Part shown: positions 28,932 through 38,474 of the stretch, piece by piece | Layout of the letters: the number at the start of each line of letters is the position of its first letter | Position numbering within the stretch: the stretch's first letter is position 1 | From: an uncultured virus (IMG/VR IMGVR_UViG_3300034106_002431) | Taxonomy: Duplodnaviria > Heunggongvirae > Uroviricota > Caudoviricetes | Length of the DNA stretch: 64,000 bases | IMG/VR virus record: IMGVR_UViG_3300034106_002431 | Reading direction: 5' to 3' (one strand) | Translations under genes and position numbers: made by a program | The notes under the pieces: model-generated | What the model was told of the DNA's origin: nothing | The model's input: only the letters and a program-made list of their open reading frames with translations | Database searches by the model: none

Positions 28932-29702
28932 ATGAAAACAGACATACTCAATACGCTGGAGCATTCTAAGAATTTAATTATATCTCCCGACATGGATGGT
29001 TTTATGTCCGCAAAATTACTAGAGCGTTTTAACGGTTCGAAAATAGTAGGTTCATATGACAAGAATCTTTTATGTCTCGCCGACGGGATCAACCCAGAGG
29101 AATGCTTATTCGTGGACTGTGATATGAATCGACAAGAGTTTGTATCTCTCGGAAATCATATGCGTTTAATAGATGACAATATGTCAGTCGAGTCGTTCAA
29201 TCCAAATGTTCATTTTAATGTCTCGACATATAGCGACAAGTTTCCCTTCGCAACCGCTTTTTTGATTTCGTTCGCAATAGAGGCTGATCTGTCCGAACAA
29301 GACCTTATACGCATGGCTTTCGCTGACTCAACTCTCAAGAACATGGAGAAGTACAGCGATAACATGCGAAACTGGTCTACACGGATGGATCATTTTGCAA
29401 CAAGGTACATAATAGACAATTCGGACATTGCAAGAAAGAATGATGCACAAGCAAGGTTTGATTATGTTGATCAAGCATTTGTATCTAAACGTTATGGCAA
29501 GGAACGTTACCTGGATACCCTAAATAATGCCCTAGCAGGGCAGGAGATGAAGTTTGAGCCATTAGTCCAGGGTATGAAGTATGTATGCGATAAAGTTGGC
29601 AAAGAAACCGTTATACGGTATAATAGAGATATCATCTCTTATGCAGAGATTTTTACAGGGGAGTACTCTGTAACTTACGACCAAGAAAAGGAATGGGTAT
29701 GA
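28932..29702 (+). CDS. DHH-like phosphoesterase-fold protein
   Basis: IISPDMDG and FVDCD resemble DHH motifs I/II, but no literal DHH is present. Confidence 0.45.
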   Translation: MKTDILNTLEHSKNLIISPDMDGFMSAKLLERFNGSKIVGSYDKNLLCLADGINPEECLFVDCDMNRQEFVSLGNHMRLIDDNMSVESFNPNVHFNVSTYSDKFPFATAFLISFAIEADLSEQDLIRMAFADSTLKNMEKYSDNMRNWSTRMDHFATRYIIDNSDIARKNDAQARFDYVDQAFVSKRYGKERYLDTLNNALAGQEMKFEPLVQGMKYVCDKVGKETVIRYNRDIISYAEIFTGEYSVTYDQEKEWV

Positions 29703-29884
29703 CAAAAGACGAAGCAGTACAAATTATGATGGCCAGCATTAATGGAGATAACCTAGCATTGGGTCTACAGGCTGGTTTGGAAGAAACCGCACTAAAGGCA
29801 CAGATTGACCAGAGTCAGCCAAGCCTTGTGTTTATGATGGGAAATATTTACGATAAGTTACAAGAGGCCAAAGTAATTGGCTAA
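29699..29884 (+). CDS. Hypothetical protein
   Basis: Coupled ORF. Confidence 0.55.
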   Translation: MTKDEAVQIMMASINGDNLALGLQAGLEETALKAQIDQSQPSLVFMMGNIYDKLQEAKVIG

Positions 29885-30074
29885 GTATCAGTATCGTCCG
29901 ATTCTCGAAAAAATTGAAGAGGCTTATTTGGAGAATGCCAAGACAGAGTACAAACCAGGTTTTGACATTGAGTCCAATGTGCGACTTGTTATTGAAGCAG
30001 ACACTGAAGAGTTAGCAGATCTATCTCGTTATGGGTTTGTTGATATACGTATGTGGGAATTAGTTCAAGACTAA
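29877..30074 (+). CDS. Hypothetical protein
   Basis: Overlapping ORF in the same operon. Confidence 0.55.
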   Translation: MAKYQYRPILEKIEEAYLENAKTEYKPGFDIESNVRLVIEADTEELADLSRYGFVDIRMWELVQD

Positions 30075-30241
30075 GCACTATTACGTATGTAATTGGCTAT
30101 ATCGTGTGATGCGCCATGATAAGTACCGTGAAATTTTTGCTCTACTTGGTTTGCAATAGCAAACCTTAATTTCTGTTCAATCTGAAAAAGTAGAATTGCT
30201 TGTGCTTGTTCTGGACTTAGTTGTTGTTGATCGCTATCCAT
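30071..30241 (-). CDS. Hypothetical 56-aa protein
   Basis: MDSDQQQLSPEQAQ...IRNSA; not in the ORF track. Confidence 0.5.
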   Translation of the reverse strand: MDSDQQQLSPEQAQAILLFQIEQKLRFAIANQVEQKFHGTYHGASHDIANYIRNSA

Positions 30242-30401
30242 TTTTGCAACTACAATTCGTGCAGCAGGTTTCTGAAAATAATTTTACAGCCAGGTTTGGC
30301 TCTTCGGTTGGTCTTCCCATATTATCAGTAGATGGCATAGGCTTAGATTCAAATTGAAAATCTACATCCCAGGCATTTTCGAAATTGTCTAGGATTCCCA
30401 T
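30234..30401 (-). CDS. Small protein with a CCxxCxC tail
   Basis: MGILDNFENAWD...ETCCTNCSCKNG. Confidence 0.55.
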   Translation of the reverse strand: MGILDNFENAWDVDFQFESKPMPSTDNMGRPTEEPNLAVKLFSETCCTNCSCKNG

Positions 30402-30402
30402 A

Positions 30403-30513
30403 TTACTCTGCTACTGGTGGCTCTACTATTGCTGTTGCTGGCTTTGAACTGTGAGATGTTGTGCATGTGCATGCATCGCAACACATTGGGCCATCATAGG
30501 TTGATTCTGTCAT
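30403..30513 (-). CDS. 36-aa Cys-cluster peptide
   Basis: MTESTYDGPMCCDACTC...; TATAAT-N7-ATG. Confidence 0.5.
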   Translation of the reverse strand: MTESTYDGPMCCDACTCTTSHSSKPATAIVEPPVAE

Positions 30514-30713
30514 GAATCCATTATATCACAATTCTGAATAATTTTGTAAAACCCAAATAGGCTAAAATCTGAATATTTTGTCCAGATGTATGATACATGT
30601 ATTTAGAAAGAAAGACCAAAAAAGATAGTGAGCACATAACTCACTACCTCTCTCAGCGTAGACTAATTATCTAGTTAGTACTAGTAGGCACCAAATGATT
30701 GGCACCCGTACGC

Positions 30714-31004
30714 CTAACTCGATTTACTTAGTATAGGTACCACCTTGCGATCTAGGTAGGCTTTCATCTTTTGAGTATCTTTTGACTGTTTCAAATCTAT
30801 GTTAGCAATACCTAAATCTTTAACTATTTTAGATGTTTCTACTACAATAGTTTTAGCAAATGCAACACCTAATAGTTTTAATCCAATAGGAATCGCAACG
30901 ACTGCACCTATAGTTAAAACTAATATAATAATAGCCATAAATATAAGTGAGTACTGTACTATATTAGCAAACCAATCAAATGGTGTAGTTAAAAAATCTA
31001 GCAA
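30714..31004 (-). CDS. Membrane protein
   Basis: Long hydrophobic segment; AGGGAG RBS. Confidence 0.6.
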   Translation of the reverse strand: MLDFLTTPFDWFANIVQYSLIFMAIIILVLTIGAVVAIPIGLKLLGVAFAKTIVVETSKIVKDLGIANIDLKQSKDTQKMKAYLDRKVVPILSKSS

Positions 31005-31016
31005 TATAAAACTCCC

Positions 31017-31211
31017 TTAGTCTGATGTAGTTAGTGTTGATACTGAGGCAAGGTACTCTTCTCGTACCTTAGTCATAGCCCTATCTATTTGTGCATATGC
31101 ATTAGCACACTTATAGCAATAGGTCTCTGTGTTAATGCCTAACATAAAGGCATCTGTTCCACTATATACTAACTCTGTTGATTCACAGTTAATTACTTTG
31201 CATGTTGTCAT
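31017..31211 (-). CDS. Small Zn-finger-like protein
   Basis: CxxxxC...CxxC. Confidence 0.55.
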   Translation of the reverse strand: MTTCKVINCESTELVYSGTDAFMLGINTETYCYKCANAYAQIDRAMTKVREEYLASVSTLTTSD

Positions 31212-31408
31212 TTGTTTATCTCTTTTCTTTTGTGCATTGACATGGGTTAATTGTTATTTGTTTACCCTTGAGGGTTACCACTGCTAGGGTACTACATTGT
31301 GAGCATAGGTATATGTGCATTAGTATTCACTCTTATCTAGTATAGTAGGGATAAGTACTAGTATAGTACCTAGCACTGACAAGGCTAGGATAATAAGGGG
31401 TAGGCTCA

Positions 31409-31528
31409 TTAGTTACCCCCTAAAATAAAGGCTAGTACTATGGCTATACCTAAACCAATAAAAGCACCTATAGGGGCATAATCAGCATTTTCATCTAGCC
31501 AATCTTGTACATATGTAAAAGGGTTCAT
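31409..31528 (-). CDS. Small membrane protein
   Basis: MNPFTYVQDWLDENADYAPIGAFIGLGIAIVLAFILGGN; GAGGAG RBS. Confidence 0.5.
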   Translation of the reverse strand: MNPFTYVQDWLDENADYAPIGAFIGLGIAIVLAFILGGN

Positions 31529-31725
31529 TAGTTACACTCCTCACATGGGCATAGGGGGAATTCTAATTCTTGCTTAATTCTATTAGCAAGTAGCATAACC
31601 TTGTTATAGGTATCTGCACTAGCACCTCTAAAAGATACTGTTTTTCCATCTACTACCATTTGAGCAGCAATAGCGATTTTTTGGTCTAGTGATAGACCCT
31701 TGTATTGATTTGTTAATGTAGTCAT
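31528..31725 (-). CDS. Hypothetical early protein
   Basis: AGAAAGGTGG RBS before the ATG at 31725. Confidence 0.55.
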   Translation of the reverse strand: MTTLTNQYKGLSLDQKIAIAAQMVVDGKTVSFRGASADTYNKVMLLANRIKQELEFPLCPCEECN

Positions 31726-31964
31726 TTTGACCACCTTTCTTTTTGTATGTAATAATCTTAGCATTTATCCCCTGAAAAATCAAGGGCTGTGGGTGTGATT
31801 TAGGTCACTTATTCGCTAGGCTCATATAACAATTCGTTATCTTATTTGCTAGGCTCATTGACCTTAATTAACTCTATTTAATTTTTCTTATACTAGTATA
31901 ATAACACATCTACCCCTAAAAGTCAAGTCCTAACACGGCGTGTCGTGTGTGATGTCCATCACAT

Positions 31965-32031
31965 GGGGCCGCCCTATACAGGTACCCCATATACAGCCCC
32001 CTATATAGGCACCCCCCTATATAGCGCCCCC
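31965..32031. repeat. Degenerate tandem CCC(C)TATAYAG repeat at the strand-divergence point
   Basis: Four units: ccctatacag, cccatatacag, cccctatatag, cccctatatag. Confidence 0.7.
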
Positions 32032-32170
32032 TGTGGTGTAGATCACATGTGTGGTACATCACAATGTCCGATTTATCCCTTTTATACCCTCGTATTTGTC
32101 AGTGGTACCTGTTATACTTACTAGTATAAAGAAAGTCAGAAAAGGTTTCTGAACTAGAAAGGACAATAAA

Positions 32171-32365
32171 ATGTCAAACAGTATTTTCGGTCAAGGTTTC
32201 GCTACAGTTAGCGATTACCCAGCAGGTTTAATGAATACCTGCCAATGTGGTCAGGTTGTTTTAGCACCTGCTACAATTCACGAAATGTGTACACCAGAAG
32301 GTGACAAGTATGGTACAAAATGCTACCATAGTCGCTGTGGTCGTTCACTTCCAAAATCTAAGTAA
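32171..32365 (+). CDS. Small Cys/His-containing early protein
   Basis: AGAAAGGA RBS; CQCG. Confidence 0.6.
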   Translation: MSNSIFGQGFATVSDYPAGLMNTCQCGQVVLAPATIHEMCTPEGDKYGTKCYHSRCGRSLPKSK

Positions 32366-32427
32366 TTAGATAAATAAAAAACTTAATAAAATAAAATTAA
32401 CTAACAAAAAAAGAAAGGTTGTCAAAA

Positions 32428-32607
32428 ATGATAACATTAGAAAATAAAAAGTGCGTAGAGCACAACCCTATGAAATCTGCTATCTCAAATGTAGGAGATG
32501 AGCAATTCACTTTCTGCCAAGATTGTGAACAAAACATTGAGCGTTGGTATAACGATACTGACCCAGAACGTCTACCAATGTGGACAGATTGGAAGGTCTC
32601 TAAATGA
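32428..32607 (+). CDS. Small Zn-binding early protein
   Basis: CxxH...CxxC; AGAAAGG RBS. Confidence 0.6.
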   Translation: MITLENKKCVEHNPMKSAISNVGDEQFTFCQDCEQNIERWYNDTDPERLPMWTDWKVSK

Positions 32608-33327
32608 ATAAAGACCAAAAAAGAGAATTAGCAATAAACCTTGCTAAAGAAAAGTATGGTGACCAATGGTTAGCAGGGCTTTGGGGTTCTGCTGCTGTTC
32701 TACTTTCAGAAAAAGATTTTGACATAATTATAAAAGTAATGGAGAAATAAATGATTGACTTTTTTGTAAATGGTAATGCTTTATTTTGGTTTTCTATGAT
32801 CTGTTTATTCTATGGGTTTTATTTATTCGTAACGGAATAAATAAATTCCCTGCAAAAAAAGGCGCCCCCCTGTGACGCAAATCACATCAAAAATGTCCGT
32901 TTTGTGCGTGTCTAAACTTGACTTTTGGGGTTTCTTCTGCTATACTTCTAGTATAAAGAAAGTTGAGAAAGGTTCTCAAACTAGAAAGGGTCAAAATGAC
33001 TAATAGAATTTTCGAACAGGGAAACACCCCTCAAATGGCTGAATGGCTTGGCTATGTTAAGTGCTCAAAGTGTGAGCGTGTGACTGCGTGGGAAACCTGC
33101 GTAATGTGTCGCTAATCACACAAAATAGACGGCGTGTCGATTTGACTTTTCAGGGTTTCTCTGATAGTCTTACTACATAAGAAAAACTAAATAAAGGACA
33201 AATTGGCTAATGAGCCTAAGCAAATAAGTGTGATACAAATCACAATGAGCCTTAGCAAATAAGTAGCCAAAATGTCAGCCCCCAATGGTAAGATAGTCTT
33301 ATCAATTAAACGAAAGGAAGTCACTAA

Positions 33328-33525
33328 ATGACTTACACTGTAACACTAGAAACCTTTAATGGTTCTGTCAAAAAAATCAACCTAGCCTCTAAAGGTGCCG
33401 TTGCTCAATTCGTATCACAATACCCAACACAATTACCCGTTGGCGTATCTGTAAAAATCGCTTGCGATACTCTCGGACTTAGTGGCACAATTCGTGGCAC
33501 TCGTGTACTTACTAACTCAAACTAA
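33328..33525 (+). CDS. Hypothetical early protein
   Basis: GAAAGGAAG RBS with an upstream promoter. Confidence 0.65.
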   Translation: MTYTVTLETFNGSVKKINLASKGAVAQFVSQYPTQLPVGVSVKIACDTLGLSGTIRGTRVLTNSN

Positions 33526-33544
33526 GAATAGGAAAACTAAAAAA

Positions 33545-33751
33545 ATGGTAGAAATTAAACACTCTCTAAACTTCGTTACAGAATTTGACGAAACACATCC
33601 AATCGCTAAGCAAGCACTTGCTATCCCTCACGCAGATTTAATTGCTATGCTTGAAGGAATGCTAAAGGACCTTCTAGTGCCTGCAATACTTCCAACAATT
33701 GAGGACATCAACAAAAACGGGTCCTATGCAATTCTTAAGGTGGTTGCGTAA
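33545..33751 (+). CDS. Hypothetical protein
   Basis: ORF in the operon. Confidence 0.6.
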   Translation: MVEIKHSLNFVTEFDETHPIAKQALAIPHADLIAMLEGMLKDLLVPAILPTIEDINKNGSYAILKVVA

Positions 33752-33933
33752 TGATGACACGAAAAGACTATGTAGAAACTGCAAAAATTCTAAATAAATT
33801 TGTTGATGACATTGACTCAAATGATTTTGACCAATTAGTTTTTGAATTCAGTGAGTGGTTTGCTTCTGACAATCCTAGATTTGATGAAAGTAAATTCTAT
33901 GACGCTTGCGTAAAAGAAAAGGAAATAGCATAA
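33751..33933 (+). CDS. Conserved small phage protein
   Basis: MTRKDY...DNPRFD...F pattern. Confidence 0.65.
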   Translation: MMTRKDYVETAKILNKFVDDIDSNDFDQLVFEFSEWFASDNPRFDESKFYDACVKEKEIA

Positions 33934-34937
33934 TGAGAAAACTAATAGCATTTATTTTAACACTTTTGCTTATTCCAATCTCGTCTGCTAGTGCGAATGG
34001 TTCATCTTATCAACTTGTAACACCAGTGCTAACAACAACCTATGAACTTCCTGCAGAAACTTATAATTCTAGGTGGCGTACAATAGAAATTCCTTTTTCT
34101 GTAATTTTAGTTTCAGACGGAACTGTTGCTAGTTTTCATTTTAATTTAATAGATGCAGAAGGTTTTAAAATTAGTAGCAAGGAACTTAGTACACCATACT
34201 CAGGGATTGACACACACTATTCACCAAAGACTTGGGCTCAGAATACTAAGTGGACATTGTACTCTTTTGATAAAGCAAAATTGCCTATTAGACTACAAAC
34301 AGAAATTGAGTTTTGGAGAAGTACTGGCAAGGCTTCTGTTGTGCAAACATTTCCAATGAATTTTGTTACTCACAAAGATGATGTTGCAGAAAAAGCACAA
34401 ACAGATGCAGTAGCAAAAGCACAGGCTGAAGCAGTAGCAAAGGCTCAGGCAGAAGCAAAAGCAATTGCAGATGCAAAAGCCAAAGCAGAAGCAGATGCTA
34501 AAGCAAAAGCAGAAGCAGAACTAAAGGCTAAGCAAGAAGCAGAGGCTAAAGCAAAGGCTGATGCAGAAGCAAAGGCTAAAGCAGATGCAGAAGCAAAAGC
34601 AAAGGCTGATGCAGAACTTAAAGCCAAGCAAGAAGCAGAAGCAAAGGCAAAAGCCGATGCAGATGCTGCAGATTTGGCTAAAAAGTTAGCCCCAACTTGG
34701 TTCTGCACTAATGACACAACAAAAAACAAAATGACTCATGCAGAGGCTGTCATTGTGTGTGCACAGGTTGATAAAGAAATTAACGACAAAAGAATACTAG
34801 AAGCACAAGCACAGGCTATGAAAGAAAAAAGAGATTTGGTTAATGGAACTGCTTGCAAAAAGTTAAATGCTACAAAATTAGCAGGTGGAAAAAAGTTTAC
34901 TTGCAAAAAAATTAACAAAAAGTTAATTTGGAGATAA
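33933..34937 (+). CDS. Secreted/surface protein with a TolA-like Ala/Lys/Glu helical repeat
   Basis: Signal peptide (SSASA), AEAKAKAD repeats, C-terminal GTACKK...FTCKK...LIW module. Confidence 0.75.
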   Translation: MRKLIAFILTLLLIPISSASANGSSYQLVTPVLTTTYELPAETYNSRWRTIEIPFSVILVSDGTVASFHFNLIDAEGFKISSKELSTPYSGIDTHYSPKTWAQNTKWTLYSFDKAKLPIRLQTEIEFWRSTGKASVVQTFPMNFVTHKDDVAEKAQTDAVAKAQAEAVAKAQAEAKAIADAKAKAEADAKAKAEAELKAKQEAEAKAKADAEAKAKADAEAKAKADAELKAKQEAEAKAKADADAADLAKKLAPTWFCTNDTTKNKMTHAEAVIVCAQVDKEINDKRILEAQAQAMKEKRDLVNGTACKKLNATKLAGGKKFTCKKINKKLIWR

Positions 34938-34943
34938 TAAAAA

Positions 34944-34969
34944 ATCCTGAGCAAGATCTAAAACTGCTC
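34944..34969 (+). ncRNA. Mini H-type pseudoknot motif, copy 1
   Basis: ATC-CTGAGCAA-GAT-cta-AAAC-TGCTC. Confidence 0.7.
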
Positions 34970-35233
34970 CCAATTTTTTGGGGCGCCCCGTTCGGGCGTG
35001 TCGTCCACAAAGTTATCCACAGGCCTGCTTGTGTGAGTTTTATCACATGGCTTGAGCGTCTCACTATTTGGACTTACTCCCTAGTAACTTGATAATTTAT
35101 GTCTAATAGGCTAGACTTACATAGTAAGAAAAAATAAATAAAAGAAAGTCTATTCGCTTACGGCGTGTCTAACCGAAAATGTCAGACCCCTATGGTAGGA
35201 TAGAATTATCAACAAAAAGAAAGAGGTTGGCAA

Positions 35234-35443
35234 ATGTCAGCAAATGTCTATACAATAGAAAACCTACTTGTAGGAAAAACTTATCACTCTCGCACACTAA
35301 AGGGAGAAATTATCTCAGCCGAAAAGTCTGATGTATGGTATGAGGGTTGCGAAAGTTATCTTGTTCAGGTTCGTCCCCACTACTCAGCACCACTTAACTT
35401 AAAGGATACTTATCGTGTCCTAGCAGTAAGAATTGGAGACTAG
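35234..35443 (+). CDS. Hypothetical protein
   Basis: AGAGG RBS with an upstream promoter. Confidence 0.6.
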   Translation: MSANVYTIENLLVGKTYHSRTLKGEIISAEKSDVWYEGCESYLVQVRPHYSAPLNLKDTYRVLAVRIGD

Positions 35444-35719
35444 TAATGGGATACATAGAGATTTTTAGAATTGACAATGAGGGGGCAGGTTGGATAGACT
35501 TGTCTCAGGCAACAGATAAAGAATTGCTAGACCTAGAAATAGGTTTATTTCAGGAAGGGGCTATCTAATGGCTAAGATGAAAACACTATACACAGAAATT
35601 GAGAATTGCGAACAATGCTACGGGCAGGGTTGGCAATTTTGGGCACAGGGAGAGGACTTTGATACAGAGTCTTGCGATTGTAATCCACACCAATTATTTA
35701 TCACTAAGGAGAATAACTA

Positions 35720-35938
35720 ATGAACGAATACCTATACTCAGTAACTAGCACCAACGATAGTGATACCAATACACTTTGGGTTGGACGCTATTCTAATGCC
35801 CTTGACGCAGTAAATGTCTTTAATAGTTTTATTGACTATGGTGACGCTAAGGAATACAGAGTAGTTAATTTATCTGAACCTTCAGGTAAGTTACACACAA
35901 AAACTTTCTACACAACAGGAATGGTGGTAACACGATAA
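35720..35938 (+). CDS. Hypothetical protein
   Basis: AAGGAG RBS. Confidence 0.6.
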   Translation: MNEYLYSVTSTNDSDTNTLWVGRYSNALDAVNVFNSFIDYGDAKEYRVVNLSEPSGKLHTKTFYTTGMVVTR

Positions 35939-36216
35939 TGGGAAGCGTAACAGCAATTGGATTAGCAGATAGCGTATTAGATTTAGAAACGCAGATAGCG
36001 TATCACTTACAAGGTAATCACTATCCACCCGTACCACTAAGCATGGTTCAGCCTTGTATTGACGCTATTGACGCATACTATGATGAGGACTATGACCGAT
36101 TTATTGCTATGCCTGAAGGCGTATTCTATAAGGGTATGAGCCATGCCCCTGCTCATGCTATTGTAGACCAACACCACTTATCATGGTTCATTGACCCAGT
36201 AGATGAGGAAGAGTAA
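35938..36216 (+). CDS. Hypothetical protein
   Basis: HLQGNHYPPVP motif; coupled ORF. Confidence 0.65.
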   Translation: MGSVTAIGLADSVLDLETQIAYHLQGNHYPPVPLSMVQPCIDAIDAYYDEDYDRFIAMPEGVFYKGMSHAPAHAIVDQHHLSWFIDPVDEEE

Positions 36217-36462
36217 ATGTCTGATACAATGATTGCTATGGATTTAATACACGCTGATGATCTAACACCAAGCCAGTTAATGATTGGCGATTTAATAAAA
36301 GTTAATGATGACATTGTTGAAGTTATTTATTTAGAAAGTGATTCAACAGGAGATAACTATTCAGTAGAAACTCAAAACGAGTTTGGTGAAAAAGAAGTTG
36401 TGTTGTATAGTTACACTGATACAATTCCGTTTTATGTTTTTATTGAAGATGATGACGATTAA
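36217..36462 (+). CDS. Hypothetical acidic protein
   Basis: Coupled ORF. Confidence 0.6.
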   Translation: MSDTMIAMDLIHADDLTPSQLMIGDLIKVNDDIVEVIYLESDSTGDNYSVETQNEFGEKEVVLYSYTDTIPFYVFIEDDDD

Positions 36463-36677
36463 TAAATAAATTCCCTGAAAAAAAATGGGCGCCCCGTTCG
36501 GGTGTGTCTGGGGATAACCTGTGGATAACTTCAATCTACTCACGAGTAACCTATATATAATTTCTTTAAGAAGGAGCATTTTTTTTCCCAGAATTTTTGG
36601 CTGGGAAAATTTTTTTGTGATTTTAATCACACGATCAAGATTTGACATTTTTACCCTAAGTCTGCTAAGATTAACTT

Positions 36678-36827
36678 ATGAAGAAAACACCTGAAGAATT
36701 ACGCAGACTCATGGAACTAAGGCGTTCTAATGCTGCCTCAGCCGTGCCTTCAAAGAAATCCTATAACCGTAGGAAATGTCAGTCCGAAATGATACAATTA
36801 AAGAAATACAAAGGAGACCCCCTATGA
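36678..36827 (+). CDS. Small basic leaderless protein
   Basis: MKKTPEELRRLMELRRSNAASAVPSKKSYNRRK..., directly after a TTGACA/TAAGAT promoter. Confidence 0.55.
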   Translation: MKKTPEELRRLMELRRSNAASAVPSKKSYNRRKCQSEMIQLKKYKGDPL

Positions 36828-36991
36828 ACGACTACGCACTAGATGAGTACTACGCAACAACCTGCCCTTCATGCAAAGAAAATGCCGTTGATGACTATGA
36901 AGATAAGTGCACACATTGCTTGCTTGAAGAAATGTCTGCAACCTATAACGAAGACATCGCACTAGAAATGAGCCTAGGCCTTGACTACTAA
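36824..36991 (+). CDS. Small Zn-ribbon protein
   Basis: CPSC...CTHC; AAGGAG RBS. Confidence 0.55.
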   Translation: MNDYALDEYYATTCPSCKENAVDDYEDKCTHCLLEEMSATYNEDIALEMSLGLDY

Positions 36992-37706
36992 ACTAAAAAG
37001 ATCATTTGACAGAAAGGTCGCTAATGCCGTCTCACCTAATGGAAAAACCGCAACAATCGCTAACACATTTGGACTACCTGCTGGAAAGGCTTTCTCGTGC
37101 CCTGGTGCCACTAGTGTTTGTGAAAGCGTTTGCTATGCAGGAAAACTTGAAAAACTCTTCAAAGGAGTAAAGGCTAACCTACTACACAATTGGGACCTAG
37201 TCAAAGACGCAGACCATGATACTATAGAAGAATTGTTAACTGATATGATTAACGATTTTCGTGCAGACTGTGTAAAGAAAGACGCACCCCTACTCTTCCG
37301 CATTCACTGGGACGGAGATTTCTTTAATGATACTTATACATTCGCATGGAAGCATGTCATCCTTAACAATCCTGATATTCAATTCTGGGTATATACACGT
37401 GTTAAGTCTGCAGCCGTAATGCTTAAAAATATTGATAATCTATCACTATACTATTCAACAGACAGTGAGAATAAGTCTATTGGTATTGGACTTAAAACCG
37501 ATCATGGCATTCGTCTTGCATACCTTGCTAAGAATTTTGCTATTGGCCAGGCTGACATGAAAGAATTAACAAATAGACCTGGTGCTAAGTGTCCTGAAAA
37601 TAATAAACAGATTCCACTTATTTCTAAGCAGGGCTCGGCTTGCGTTTCTTGCTCATTGTGTGTATACTCTAAGAGTGATATCATATTTAGTGCGAGTAAA
37701 AAGTAA
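36981..37706 (+). CDS. Gp88-like phage protein (radical-SAM-like Cys cluster)
   Basis: FGLPAG..SCPGA...C...CYA, FRIHWDGDF, FWVYTR, CVSCSLC. Confidence 0.7.
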   Translation: MTTKLKRSFDRKVANAVSPNGKTATIANTFGLPAGKAFSCPGATSVCESVCYAGKLEKLFKGVKANLLHNWDLVKDADHDTIEELLTDMINDFRADCVKKDAPLLFRIHWDGDFFNDTYTFAWKHVILNNPDIQFWVYTRVKSAAVMLKNIDNLSLYYSTDSENKSIGIGLKTDHGIRLAYLAKNFAIGQADMKELTNRPGAKCPENNKQIPLISKQGSACVSCSLCVYSKSDIIFSASKK

Positions 37707-37958
37707 ATGAGTCCTTGGTTCTATTTACTAATGATGTTAATAGTTTTATTGTCTATTAGTGGTAGTTCTGGTATTTAAATAAATCCCCTGCCAAAAATGC
37801 AGGGCGCCCCCTGACCAGTCATTTGTCAAGTCACGACACGCATAAAAAATGTGATTAAGGACACACTAAAAAATGTCACTAAGATTTGTATTTATGACAT
37901 TTTTCTGCTAAAATTATACTATAAGCAATTAACCCCCACAACGAAAGGCAAGACCCAA

Positions 37959-38129
37959 ATGACACTACACGGATACACATACCAAATTGGTGACTTGTTC
38001 ACAACAAGCAAAACAGGCGTTACAGGTCGTATCGCAGGTTTCGAGCCAATGTCTAATAAGGTTACTAGAGTTTCACTCGTCCTAGCAAATGGCTCACGCC
38101 GTCTGGCTATGGTCAAGACATCTAAGTAA
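37959..38129 (+). CDS. Small beta-barrel (SH3/KOW-like) protein
   Basis: YQIGDLFTTSKTGVTGRI; GAAAGG RBS. Confidence 0.6.
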   Translation: MTLHGYTYQIGDLFTTSKTGVTGRIAGFEPMSNKVTRVSLVLANGSRRLAMVKTSK

Positions 38130-38232
38130 TCTCAAAATGTGAGAAATGTCAGATTTCGATTTGACATTTTTACAGGCAAAATGTTATACTTAGGTATAAC
38201 GAAAACAACCCTCTAACAGAAAAGGAAATACA

Positions 38233-38400
38233 ATGTCAGTAGCAACAGCAACATACAAAGTCGGAGACCTCTACACAACACAGAAGTCAAAGGTAACAGG
38301 AACAATCACAGAAATCACACCTAACCCAAACGGACAATCAGTTCGTGTTAAGTTAGATGTAAATGGTTCAGTTCGTTACACAACTTGGACGGCTAAGTAA
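38233..38400 (+). CDS. Small protein, paralog of 37959-38129
   Basis: MSVATATYKVGDLYTTQKSKVTGTI...; not in the ORF track (55 aa). Confidence 0.65.
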   Translation: MSVATATYKVGDLYTTQKSKVTGTITEITPNPNGQSVRVKLDVNGSVRYTTWTAK

Positions 38401-38411
38401 TCTAATTACTA

Positions 38412-38438
38412 ATTCCTGAGTATGAATAAAAACTGCTC
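38412..38438 (+). ncRNA. Mini pseudoknot motif, copy 2
   Basis: ATTC-CTGAGTAT-GAAT-aa-AAAC-TGCTC. Confidence 0.7.
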
Positions 38439-38474
38439 AACCACCCCCCAACTAACAGAAAAGGAACAGACCCA

